This document shows, one piece after another, positions 1 to 7,466 of a DNA stretch of 11,677 nt. A model generated the notes under the pieces. That model was given only the letters and a program-made list of their open reading frames with translations, did not search any database and was not told where the DNA came from. Each line of letters begins with the position of its first letter. Positions within the stretch are counted from its first letter, which is position 1. The position numbers were made by a program, and so were the translations under genes. Source of the stretch: Coleofasciculus chthonoplastes F2-STO-03 (GTDB taxonomy: Bacteria; Cyanobacteriota; Cyanobacteriia; Cyanobacteriales; Coleofasciculaceae); the NCBI GenBank assembly GCA_040222015.1, contig JAVJWO010000160.1:1-11677 (forward strand), given 5' to 3'.

Positions 1-63
1 GATCGCTTGGCGATTTCAGTGAGATCAAGAGCTAGTTTTGTTGAGAGGTTATCGCTAACTATC

Positions 64-142
64 ATAGGGTACGGCAACTAGTACCCCTACCGAATCAATT
101 ATCCCTGAGATGGGGTAGGGACACGATACCCGAAGTGCCCTA
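64..142. repeat. Pair of degenerate GTAG-type REP-like palindromes
   Basis: ATAGGGTAC-GGCAACTA-GTACCCCTAC (64-90) and GTAGGGACAC-GATACCCGAA-GTGCCCTA (115-142) are imperfect hairpins with GTAG/CTAC-type ends, like other elements in this window. Confidence 0.6.
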
Positions 143-207
143 ATATGATTAGACTCAGGGATAAAGAGGCGATCGCACAATCTAGAAGACTACCCATCCA
201 ATCCACT

Positions 208-1422
208 ATGCCCAAACCCGCTATTCCCCGCATTGAACAACTGAGAGTCAAAAACTATCGTGCTTTACGCGATCTTGAACTAAAAAATATTACACCACTA
301 ACAGTATTCTTAGGTCCCAATGGCAGTGGTAAATCCACCATTTTTGATATATTCGCATTTCTATCCGAATGCTTTCAATTTGGTCTACGTCGGGCTTGGG
401 ATCGGCGGGGACGGTTTCGAGAATTGCGAACTCGGGGGGCGGAAGGTCCCATATCCTTTGAGTTGAAATATAGGGAACAGCCAAAAGCTCCAATCATCAC
501 CTACTACCTAGCAATAGACGAAGGCAATCGTGGTCCTTACGTTGCACAAGAATCTCTACAATGGCGGCGAGGACAAAAAGGTGCGCCATTTCAGTTTTTG
601 AACTTTAAGGAGGGGATAGGTGAAGTCATCAGCGGTGAGATGCCCGAAAAAGAAGACGCACGTATTCAGCAACAGCTAGACTCTCCTGATATTCTCGCGG
701 TGAATACCCTAGGACAATTCGCAAGTAATCCTCGGGTGAGCGCTCTGCGTCGATTTATCAGCGGTTGGTATCTGTCTTATCTCACTGCCGATCATACTCG
801 TAGCACTCCCGAAGCTGGTCCTCAAGAAAGGCTCTCTGAAACAGGTGATAACCTGCCCAATGTAATTCAATATCTCAAAGAACAGTATCCTGAGCGGCTC
901 GATCAAATTCTGACAACCATTACTCATCGGATTCCACGCCTGGAAAGCATTGATGCAGAGATGATGCAGGATGGGCGATTGCTATTACAAGTCAAAGATG
1001 CCCCATTTCAAAGACCCATTTTGGCTAAATTTGCCTCAGATGGCACCCTAAAAATGTTTGCCTATTTGACTGTTCTCTATGATCCTGATCCACCTAAACT
1101 CATTGGTATTGAAGAACCAGAAAACCATCTCCACCCTCGTTTACTACCTGAGCTAGCCGAAGAGTGCCGAACTGCATCTGGACAAAGCCAGTTAATGGTG
1201 ACGACTCACTCACCGTACTTTGTCGATGCTCTGCGCCCAGAAGAACTTTGGGTACTCTATCGTGATGAAGAGGGCTTCACTCAGGCGAAGCGTGCTGCCG
1301 ATATGCGCGGTATTCCTGAATTTATGGCTGAAGGTGCAACCCTGGGTAATCTCTGGATGGAGGGGTACTTTGAATTTGGTGATCCACTTAAAAACCAGGG
1401 TGCGCCTAAAACTAAACGTTAG
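208..1422 (+). CDS. ABC-like AAA family ATPase (AAA_21/AAA_15 type), about 404 aa
   Basis: N-terminal [12 protein letters not shown] strand, Walker [10 protein letters not shown], signature variant ASDGT, Walker B/D-loop [14 protein letters not shown]-loop VTTHSP; no TM segments. ATG 208 preferred over ATG 145 because the family motif starts right after it. Confidence 0.9.
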   Translation: MPKPAIPRIEQLRVKNYRALRDLELKNITPLTVFLGPNGSGKSTIFDIFAFLSECFQFGLRRAWDRRGRFRELRTRGAEGPISFELKYREQPKAPIITYYLAIDEGNRGPYVAQESLQWRRGQKGAPFQFLNFKEGIGEVISGEMPEKEDARIQQQLDSPDILAVNTLGQFASNPRVSALRRFISGWYLSYLTADHTRSTPEAGPQERLSETGDNLPNVIQYLKEQYPERLDQILTTITHRIPRLESIDAEMMQDGRLLLQVKDAPFQRPILAKFASDGTLKMFAYLTVLYDPDPPKLIGIEEPENHLHPRLLPELAEECRTASGQSQLMVTTHSPYFVDALRPEELWVLYRDEEGFTQAKRAADMRGIPEFMAEGATLGNLWMEGYFEFGDPLKNQGAPKTKR

Positions 1423-1436
1423 TCTTTAGGAACAAT

Positions 1437-2054
1437 ATGACCATATCGCATCTAGAAGTTTTAGTTGAAGAATATTCTGCAAAAGTTGCCCTTGACAACC
1501 TATTGCCTAAAATTCTTCCCTCTGATGTTGAGTTTGAACTTCACTCGTTCCAAGGAAAATCGGATTTATTGAAGAAACTTCCTCAACGACTCAAAGGTTA
1601 TCGATCCTGGCTGCCAGATGATTGGCGAATTGTTATCCTTTGTGATCGTGACAATGATGATTGCCAAGACCTAAAAAAAAGCCTTGAAGATTATGCCATT
1701 CTCAGTGGATTTACAACTAAATCCAGTACTTCAAGCCAACAATTCACCGTACTCAATCGCATTGCGATTGAAGAGCTTGAATCCTGGTTTTTAGGAGACG
1801 CAACCGCTATCTGCCAAGCTTATCCAAAAGTAGCACAACTCTTTACAAAGAGAACACGCTATCGTGACCCGGATGCCGTTAAAGGAGGAACCTGGGAAGC
1901 TTTAGAAGCCTTACTAAAAGAGAAGGGATACCATCAAGGCGGCTTGAACAAGGTTGAAGCAGCGCGAACAATTTCTGAGTATATGCAACCTCAGAATAAT
2001 CAATCGCCGAGTTTCCAGTGCTTTAACGCTGGGATACAAGCTTTTTTCAGATGA
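1437..2054 (+). CDS. DUF4276-like protein, predicted TOPRIM-fold nuclease partner of the ATPase
   Basis: LEVLVEEYS (TOPRIM Glu), ILCDRDNDD (DxD), IAIEELESWFLGD (ExW motif) and C-terminal NQSPSF. Starts 14 nt after the ATPase stop with AGGA RBS at 1428-1431. Confidence 0.8.
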   Translation: MTISHLEVLVEEYSAKVALDNLLPKILPSDVEFELHSFQGKSDLLKKLPQRLKGYRSWLPDDWRIVILCDRDNDDCQDLKKSLEDYAILSGFTTKSSTSSQQFTVLNRIAIEELESWFLGDATAICQAYPKVAQLFTKRTRYRDPDAVKGGTWEALEALLKEKGYHQGGLNKVEAARTISEYMQPQNNQSPSFQCFNAGIQAFFR

Positions 2055-2094
2055 TATAGCAATAGACACATCGATTAGGACGTTCGACACCATT

Positions 2095-2122
2095 GTAGAG
2101 ACGCGCCATGGCGCGTCTCTAC
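2095..2122. repeat. Perfect 28-bp GTAG-type REP-like palindrome
   Basis: GTAGAGACGCGCCA|TGGCGCGTCTCTAC is its own reverse complement; it lies between convergent genes. Confidence 0.85.
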
Positions 2123-2129
2123 TAAAAAA

Positions 2130-2150
2130 GGGAATAGGGAACAAGGAACA
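2130..2150. repeat. Short heptamer tandem repeat (STRR-type)
   Basis: GGGAATA GGGAACA AGGAACA. Confidence 0.55.
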
Positions 2151-2224
2151 GGTAAAAGCAGTCCCTCGAACGCAGGCAAATATCAATGGATTTAATATTA
2201 TTTTTACGAATTACGAATAAACCC

Positions 2225-2434
2225 TTATAAACCCGGAATTTCTGACAACTTACCCTCGACTTCTTCCACAGAAAACCCTGTCATTTCTTGCCATTCTTCT
2301 ACCGTGAACTCATACCCCCGTTCTTTCGCCATTTCGATAAAGGCGTCTACGTTGGGGGCAGCACTAAGTTCCTCTCTTAAAGCCGGGTTCGCTTGAGCAT
2401 CTCGAAACAGCTTCGCCACTTGCTCCTTTGCCAT
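2225..2434 (-). CDS. Nif11-like leader-peptide domain protein (69 aa)
   Basis: MAKEQVAKLFRDAQANPALREELSAA...FIEMAKERGYEFTVEEW matches the Nif11 pattern; AGGAG RBS upstream. Confidence 0.85.
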   Translation of the reverse strand: MAKEQVAKLFRDAQANPALREELSAAPNVDAFIEMAKERGYEFTVEEWQEMTGFSVEEVEGKLSEIPGL

Positions 2435-2467
2435 TCCTGGTAACTCCTAATTTGACCAAATAATGCT

Positions 2468-2476
2468 ACACTAGCA
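2468..2476 (-). promoter_or_regulatory. Putative extended -10 promoter for the Nif11-like gene
   Basis: Minus strand reads TGcTAGTGT, 33 nt upstream of the start codon. Confidence 0.35.
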
Positions 2477-2608
2477 GACTTCCGACTCTAGGAAAAGCAA
2501 ATTTTGTTAAATTTCTCAACGCTTTGGGAAACCACCGATTAGACTGACACCGTGCTTATGGCAGGATAGCAATACACAGCTTAACAAGGCTTGGCAGGAG
2601 CAGCAGTT

Positions 2609-5095
2609 ATGGTTAAGGGTAACCCAAAAGGATTTCTGGGACGCTTTTTTCAACAATTTCGCAGCGTTGAAGGGAGTCGGATTTTCCATCGCTTCAAAAC
2701 GATCCCAGGTCGCTTTCGAGCCATCCTACTGCGGTTCGTCCCAGCGCGGTTACTTTGGTTATTTCCATTCCTACAAGATGAACTGAAACAGCGTGCGCCA
2801 AGTTTGGATGAACTAAAAGATCGCATGGCGGGTAAAACGAAACCCGGTGAAGGATTAGAAGCCGAAGGCGGCGTAGTGACAGAAGTTGTCGTTCCGCCAG
2901 GGGTAAAGTCCCTCTATCCGGAGTATCGCTGTGTCCGGGGAAATCCCTTTTACTGTGAATGGGTGCAACAAACCCTGCTCGAACAACCCGGTGCCAACTA
3001 TTGTACTCAATGTGGATTTCCGACACTGTTACCGCCAGAAACAAAAATTCGCGGGCGTCGGGGAACCTATCAAATTGAACGCTTCCTCAAAAATCGGGGT
3101 CGAGGTCGTCTTTATCAAGGGTTGCAACTCCCGACTCGCCAACCTGTGGTGATTCGAGAATACCTGTTACCCGATCGCTATTTTAATTTCCAAGAAACTC
3201 AGTTACGCAAAGAAGCCTTTGTCAATCTCGCAGGTGTCACCTTAGCTGATGGGCGGGTGCAAGACTTTCGCCTCGTCTCTCCCTGGGACGCGATCGCAGA
3301 TCCCCGGTTTGAACGCTGCTATTTAGTCAGCCAAGGGGCATTAGATTCCTATCCTACCCTAGCCAGTTACTTAGCAGAAACCGGGGCGATGACCAGTTAT
3401 CAGGTGCGACAAATCCTGGAACAAGTTCTGCAAAGTTTAGAATTTCTCCATGGACAAAAATTTCGTCTCCCTTCGGGTTTAGTCCAACAGGGACTCACCG
3501 ATGGCAATCTCAGTTTAGATAGTTTACTGATTGTTCCCAGTTTCCAAGGCTTTTTTATCTATTTGTGTGACCTACTCTTATGGGAAGGGCGATTTGATCC
3601 GCCCTTACTCGAACGTCCTTTGATATCCGCCAAAAAGGATTTACAAGACTTGGGGTATGTGGCATTTTATCTCTTAAACGGTGGTACTCATGATCCGGTT
3701 ACGCTTCAACCCTTTAATTCCCGGATTACCAAGCATTGGCCCCTGATTCAACCCGTGTTTAAAGACTATATTTTATCCCTAATTGGCATTGGCACCTCAT
3801 CCTTTGAAACCGCCGAAATCGCCCGCCGTGCTTTATTAAAATTGCCCCCCGAACCGCAAATTATCCCTCCATTCTCCCAATCGGAAGCCGAAGCCGAGGC
3901 GAAGAAAAAGAAAAGACGGTGGTGGCGTCCTCGCTTATTTTTGCTGCTTTTACTACTCCTGTTGTTGGGACTATTAATCTGGTGGCTATTGGGCAGAAAT
4001 CAACCCCAAACTGCAATGGACACTGACCCATTTCCCTGCTGTATTGAACAGGTATCGGGGATTCCCACGGGAACGTTTACCTATACGGCAGAAAAATATG
4101 GGGCGTGGGATTATATTTTAGAGCAACCCAATTTAATTGCGAAGGATACCACCTTGGCGGCTGAACTTTACCAGCATCAACCGAAATTAGAGTTAAACTA
4201 TCAACCTGTCCCCTCTTGGACTGATGCAATCGCCCGGATTCGGGAGGAAGAGGCGGAGTTTGCGATCGCGACTCCCCTGAATCCCCTAGAATTTTCTTTA
4301 GATGCAGAAGAAGTGGCTCATGATGGCTTAGTTGTCTTTGTCGCCTTCAGTTATGCACAACGGGAAAATAGCTTACCCGCCGGCTTAAATGGGCAAATTA
4401 GCTTTGAGCAATTACGCTTACTCTACACCGGAGAAATTACCAATTGGCAAGAATTAGGAGGACCCGATCTCCCGGTTCAACTCTATGTTCCTCCCAGTGA
4501 TCAAGCCATTGAACTGTTTAAACAGCGGGTTCTGCGAGAGGAGACGAATACGAGTAATATTGCTGCATTTGAAGCCCTTCTGCAACAACGGAATCAACCG
4601 AGTCGTTCCTTTGCAAACTTAGGTCGTCCGCCGATTATTCGCACCCAAACCTTTGAGACATTGCGACAAGTAATTCGGGATTTTGAGCAGCGAAACATTG
4701 GCGCGATCGGATTTGATTCCCTGAGTAAAGTGTTAGGACAATGTTCAGTCTATCCCCTAGCCATCGTGGACGGAGAAAATGATGCGATTTCACCCTTGGT
4801 ACAAGATAACCGACAACCGATTACTCCAAACATAGACTTATGTAATGCTAAAGGTAGTTATGGTGCCAATGTGGAGGCATTTATTAGCCAAACCTATCCC
4901 TTAGCCTATCCCTTAGCCGTTATTTATCCAAGAGATAATAGCCGTCCCCCCATTGGCACAAAGTTTGCTGAAATTCTCAGAACTGAACAGGCGCAATGTT
5001 TATTATCTAAAACCGGATTAGTCCCACTGCAACCCTATCTGGATTCTACATTCTGTACACAGGAATTAGAAAGCGCTGAACCTGATAACGGATGA
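2609..5095 (+). CDS. Membrane protein: Cys4 zinc-ribbon + degenerate Ser/Thr kinase-like domain + TM helix + PstS-like substrate-binding domain (about 828 aa)
   Basis: CVRGNPFYC...NYCTQCGFP; kinase-like YQIERFL...GRLYQG...PVVIREY, ILEQVLQSLEFLH and DLQDLGYVAFYLLNG; KKKKRR then Leu-rich TM (about 3934-3993); PBP motifs VAHDGLVVFV, FEQLRLLYTGEITNWQELGGPD and YPLAYPL. ATG 2609 has AGGAG 8 nt upstream, so it is preferred over TTG 2591. Confidence 0.85.
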   Translation: MVKGNPKGFLGRFFQQFRSVEGSRIFHRFKTIPGRFRAILLRFVPARLLWLFPFLQDELKQRAPSLDELKDRMAGKTKPGEGLEAEGGVVTEVVVPPGVKSLYPEYRCVRGNPFYCEWVQQTLLEQPGANYCTQCGFPTLLPPETKIRGRRGTYQIERFLKNRGRGRLYQGLQLPTRQPVVIREYLLPDRYFNFQETQLRKEAFVNLAGVTLADGRVQDFRLVSPWDAIADPRFERCYLVSQGALDSYPTLASYLAETGAMTSYQVRQILEQVLQSLEFLHGQKFRLPSGLVQQGLTDGNLSLDSLLIVPSFQGFFIYLCDLLLWEGRFDPPLLERPLISAKKDLQDLGYVAFYLLNGGTHDPVTLQPFNSRITKHWPLIQPVFKDYILSLIGIGTSSFETAEIARRALLKLPPEPQIIPPFSQSEAEAEAKKKKRRWWRPRLFLLLLLLLLLGLLIWWLLGRNQPQTAMDTDPFPCCIEQVSGIPTGTFTYTAEKYGAWDYILEQPNLIAKDTTLAAELYQHQPKLELNYQPVPSWTDAIARIREEEAEFAIATPLNPLEFSLDAEEVAHDGLVVFVAFSYAQRENSLPAGLNGQISFEQLRLLYTGEITNWQELGGPDLPVQLYVPPSDQAIELFKQRVLREETNTSNIAAFEALLQQRNQPSRSFANLGRPPIIRTQTFETLRQVIRDFEQRNIGAIGFDSLSKVLGQCSVYPLAIVDGENDAISPLVQDNRQPITPNIDLCNAKGSYGANVEAFISQTYPLAYPLAVIYPRDNSRPPIGTKFAEILRTEQAQCLLSKTGLVPLQPYLDSTFCTQELESAEPDNG

Positions 5096-5167
5096 ATAAG
5101 TCGGGCAAAATTAATCCGATCGCACAGGGATTTTATCGCCTTGCCAAAGTGGGTTAGGACATTTTTG

Positions 5168-5223
5168 CTGTTGCCTGTTGCCTGTTGCCTGTTGCCTGTT
5201 GCCTATTCCCCATTCCCCATTAC
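5168..5223. repeat. Heptamer tandem repeat (STRR-type)
   Basis: (CTGTTGC)x5 followed by CTATTCC CCATTCC CCATTAC, between convergent genes. Confidence 0.9.
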
Positions 5224-5257
5224 ACACTTCTGTCATGCTAAATTACGGCTATCTGAA

Positions 5258-5701
5258 TCAAACAGAGATTTTTGAAGCCAATTCTTCCATGGTTGCCCAT
5301 TCATTATCTATCTCGCTAGAGGATGTTAAGGAAATGAAGAACCCTTCTATATCCTTCCAGGCAGACTCCTGGAATTGAGGACAATTATCGGGTATGTGGA
5401 TCGTCTCTTGATCCTCATCAAACGGGAATTGGTTGAACTGAGTGCTATCGTATAACCGATACTTTAGGTTATTTACCGCAGCCTGTTTTTTCTCTAAGAT
5501 TACTAGACTGTGGTTTATCGTCTCCACTGTTTCTTCCTGTCCATCACGTTGGGTTCTAGCTATTTCAGTAATTATTTGGTCATCTTTGAAGCACTCACGA
5601 GAATAAAATGTAAACCCGACAGTTTCGGGCTTTTGCTCCTGTTGAATCATCTCGTTAAAATTGGCTCGAATGACCTGGCTAATTCTATAGAAGAATTCCA
5701 T
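5258..5701 (-). CDS. Shortened, divergent PspA/IM30 (Vipp1)-like protein, 147 aa
   Basis: Three collinear blocks resemble the recalled cyanobacterial PspA/Vipp1 consensus: MEFFYRISQVIRANFNEMIQQEQKPE, VETINHSLVILEKK and DIEGFFISLTSSSEIDNEWATM. AGGGAG RBS lies 7 nt upstream of the ATG. Confidence 0.7.
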   Translation of the reverse strand: MEFFYRISQVIRANFNEMIQQEQKPETVGFTFYSRECFKDDQIITEIARTQRDGQEETVETINHSLVILEKKQAAVNNLKYRLYDSTQFNQFPFDEDQETIHIPDNCPQFQESAWKDIEGFFISLTSSSEIDNEWATMEELASKISV

Positions 5702-5748
5702 TTATCAACTCCCTTGCTATGAGTGGCACTGCTTTTAGGTGCTAGTTG

Positions 5749-5817
5749 TTTACATTTCTTTACCCATTATGTTAAATCTACCTAAAAATAATTTTGTGTT
5801 CACAAACTCTTCACAAA
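5749..5817. promoter_or_regulatory. Putative OmpR-family direct-repeat boxes upstream of the PspA-like gene
   Basis: TTTACATT-tc-TTTACCCA (5749-5766, HLR1-like) and TTCACAAA-ctc-TTCACAAA (5799-5817, 11-bp period). Confidence 0.3.
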
Positions 5818-5837
5818 AGTCGCTTGTCATTTGTCAT

Positions 5838-6220
5838 ACTCGCTTCGCGAGAAGCAAGCTACGTCATTCGTCAGTAGTGAGGGCTTTAGCCCTCTCCAGC
5901 TATGCGTTAAAGCACTACAGTTATCTCGTAGGGTGCGTTAGGCAAATTTCGAGATTAACAGTTATTAATTCAGAACATAAGTATGCCGTAACGCACCAGA
6001 TTTAATTAAGCCACCCAGAATGTGCTAATAACCATTGATATTGTTGAGCAAAAGCATCATTCTTGTCAGGAAAAATTGAGTAAAGGGCGACCCGATCAAA
6101 TTGAATGAACACCGTTGTGAATTTGTGCAAGCGGGTCGCCCCTACAGGATAACCCAAGGTGATATATTGCCAATTAAATACTTAGTTAAGGTGCGTTACG
6201 CAAGCGCTTTCACACCCTAC
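5838..6220. repeat. Cluster of GTAG/CTAC-ended REP/REPIN-like elements
   Basis: 5838-5862 (...GAAGCAAGCTAC), 5874-5918 (GTAGTG...CACTAC), 5928-5997 (GTAGGGTGCGTTA...TAACGCACC), 6080-6145 (GGGCGACCCG...CGGGTCGCCCCTAC) and 6190-6220 (GGTGCGTTACG...CACACCCTAC). Confidence 0.75.
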
Positions 6221-6325
6221 ATATAAATCCTTGGCGTAAGTCCTATTAGTATTAATCTGGCATATCCAATAATTCTGGCACGGTGACAAATTGATAACCA
6301 CGCTGTTTAAGTTCAACAATTAACT
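6187..6325. repeat. 139-bp direct repeat, copy 1 (includes a duplicate of the deacetylase 3' end)
   Basis: Identical to 6410-6548 except A6316 versus G6539; offset 223 bp. Confidence 0.95.
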
Positions 6326-6409
6326 ATGGTGGCGTTGATGATGCCCTGGCGATGATCATGGCGTTGAAATACGATCAGGTTGATGTAAAAGCGGTGACGG
6401 TGTTAGCTA
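6326..6409 (+). pseudogene. Fragment of an inosine/uridine-preferring nucleoside hydrolase gene (N-terminal motif)
   Basis: 6328-6408 translates to GGVDDALAMIMALKYDQVDVKAVTVLA, matching the family N-terminus DTDxGxDDAxA...VxAITxxxGN. No native start or continuation is present. Confidence 0.75.
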
Positions 6410-6548
6410 TAAGGTGCGTTACGCAAGCGCTTTCACACCCTACATATAAATCCTTGGCGTAAGTCCTATTAGTATTAATCTGGCATATCCAATAATTCTG
6501 GCACGGTGACAAATTGATAACCACGCTGTTTAAGTTCAGCAATTAACT
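6410..6548. repeat. 139-bp direct repeat, copy 2 (overlaps the deacetylase 3' end)
   Basis: Matches 6187-6325 with one mismatch. Confidence 0.95.
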
Positions 6549-7377
6549 TCGGTAAAGCTTGCACTGTTTTTGAGCGATCGCCACCACCATCGTGTAGTAG
6601 AATAATGCCACCCGGTTGAGCATCTTCAAGGGCGTTATTGATTAATTTTGGCACAGTAATCCGGCGACTTTGCCAATCTTTGGAATCGGCTGACCACATA
6701 ATCACAGCATACTTATTTTGTTGAGCATAGCTCACTAAGCCGTTATTTAAAATGCCAGCAGGCGGTCTAAATAACGCCGTTTTGACGCCAGTAAGTTGAT
6801 GAATTAAAGTGGCAGTAGTTTCTAGTTCATGCGCCGCCGCCGATGGACTGTACTGATGATAGTGATGATTCCAAGTATGGTTACCAATGGCATGACCTTC
6901 AGCCACAATTTGTTTCATAAGCTGGGGATGATTCTTAACCGTCTTACCGACAACAAAAAAAGTGGCTTTGATATTTTCTCGTTTGAGAATGTCTAAAACT
7001 TGGGGGGTTGTCTGCGATGAAGGTCCATCATCAAACGTGAGGGCAATCACTTTGGCGTTATTGTTGAGGACACGGGAACGAATGGTTTTGCCTTGAAATT
7101 CTACTGGCACGGAAAAGGTTAAGCGCTTGGTTTCTTCCTCTGCCAAGTAAGTTAACATTTTTTCATAGATTTCTTTTTCATCTCCAATTAAACCATTGAT
7201 TTGTAAACTCTGGGAATTCGAGCGTTCTTGTTGATTCAAATTAGGACTAGGGATCGCTAGTTTTGGGTTAACTGAACGAGCAGCTGACATACTCAAACTT
7301 GCGATAAAACTAAGGGTAGCAGCTATGAAGCTAATAGATAATTTATACTGCCAAACTAACTGACAAGGATTTGCCAC
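6475..7377 (-). CDS. Polysaccharide/peptidoglycan deacetylase (NodB/CE4) with N-terminal hydrophobic anchor
   Basis: CE4 motifs ALTFDDGP, GNHTWNH, FRPPAG, WSADSKDW and IILLHDGGG. AAGGAG (7390-7385) sits 7 nt from GTG 7377, favouring it over TTG 7383. Confidence 0.93.
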   Translation of the reverse strand: MANPCQLVWQYKLSISFIAATLSFIASLSMSAARSVNPKLAIPSPNLNQQERSNSQSLQINGLIGDEKEIYEKMLTYLAEEETKRLTFSVPVEFQGKTIRSRVLNNNAKVIALTFDDGPSSQTTPQVLDILKRENIKATFFVVGKTVKNHPQLMKQIVAEGHAIGNHTWNHHYHQYSPSAAAHELETTATLIHQLTGVKTALFRPPAGILNNGLVSYAQQNKYAVIMWSADSKDWQSRRITVPKLINNALEDAQPGGIILLHDGGGDRSKTVQALPKLIAELKQRGYQFVTVPELLDMPD

Positions 7378-7466
7378 CTTCAATCTCCTTCACTCCTCTG
7401 AATACACAGGCGGCACGTCATGGTTGTTTATTTTTAGATTATTCTTGTTGCAGAATAATCCAAGGG

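Noticed and set aside
145..207. N-terminal extension of the ATPase from ATG 145
   Set aside because: It abuts a repeat element, contains a HIP1 site, has no clear RBS and precedes the family's usual N-terminus.
208..2054. Absence of perfect HIP1 sites as proof of horizontal transfer
   Set aside because: At about nine sites per 11.7 kb, only one or two are expected here, so zero is not significant.
290..2220. ORFs 290-493(-), 709-927(-), 1220-1429(+), 1914-2186(-) and 1954-2220(+)
   Set aside because: Shadow frames of real genes or read-through of repeats; no recognisable motifs.
2694..3152. ORFs 2694-3044(-) and 2931-3152(+)
   Set aside because: They lie wholly within the receptor gene and show no independent coding evidence.
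2225..5095. RiPP biosynthetic cluster with the kinase acting as a lanthipeptide synthetase
   Set aside because: No lyase or cyclase domains, degenerate kinase motifs, a membrane-receptor architecture, and no core peptide in the Nif11-like protein.
5178..6005. ORFs 5178-5378(+), 5510-5722(+) and 5739-6005(+)
   Set aside because: They are translations of STRR/REP repeats or antisense to the PspA-like gene.
6187..6548. Repeat-spacer-repeat as a CRISPR mini-array or an IS target-site duplication
   Set aside because: 139 bp is far too long for either and includes coding sequence; there are no cas or transposase genes and no terminal inverted repeats on the insert.
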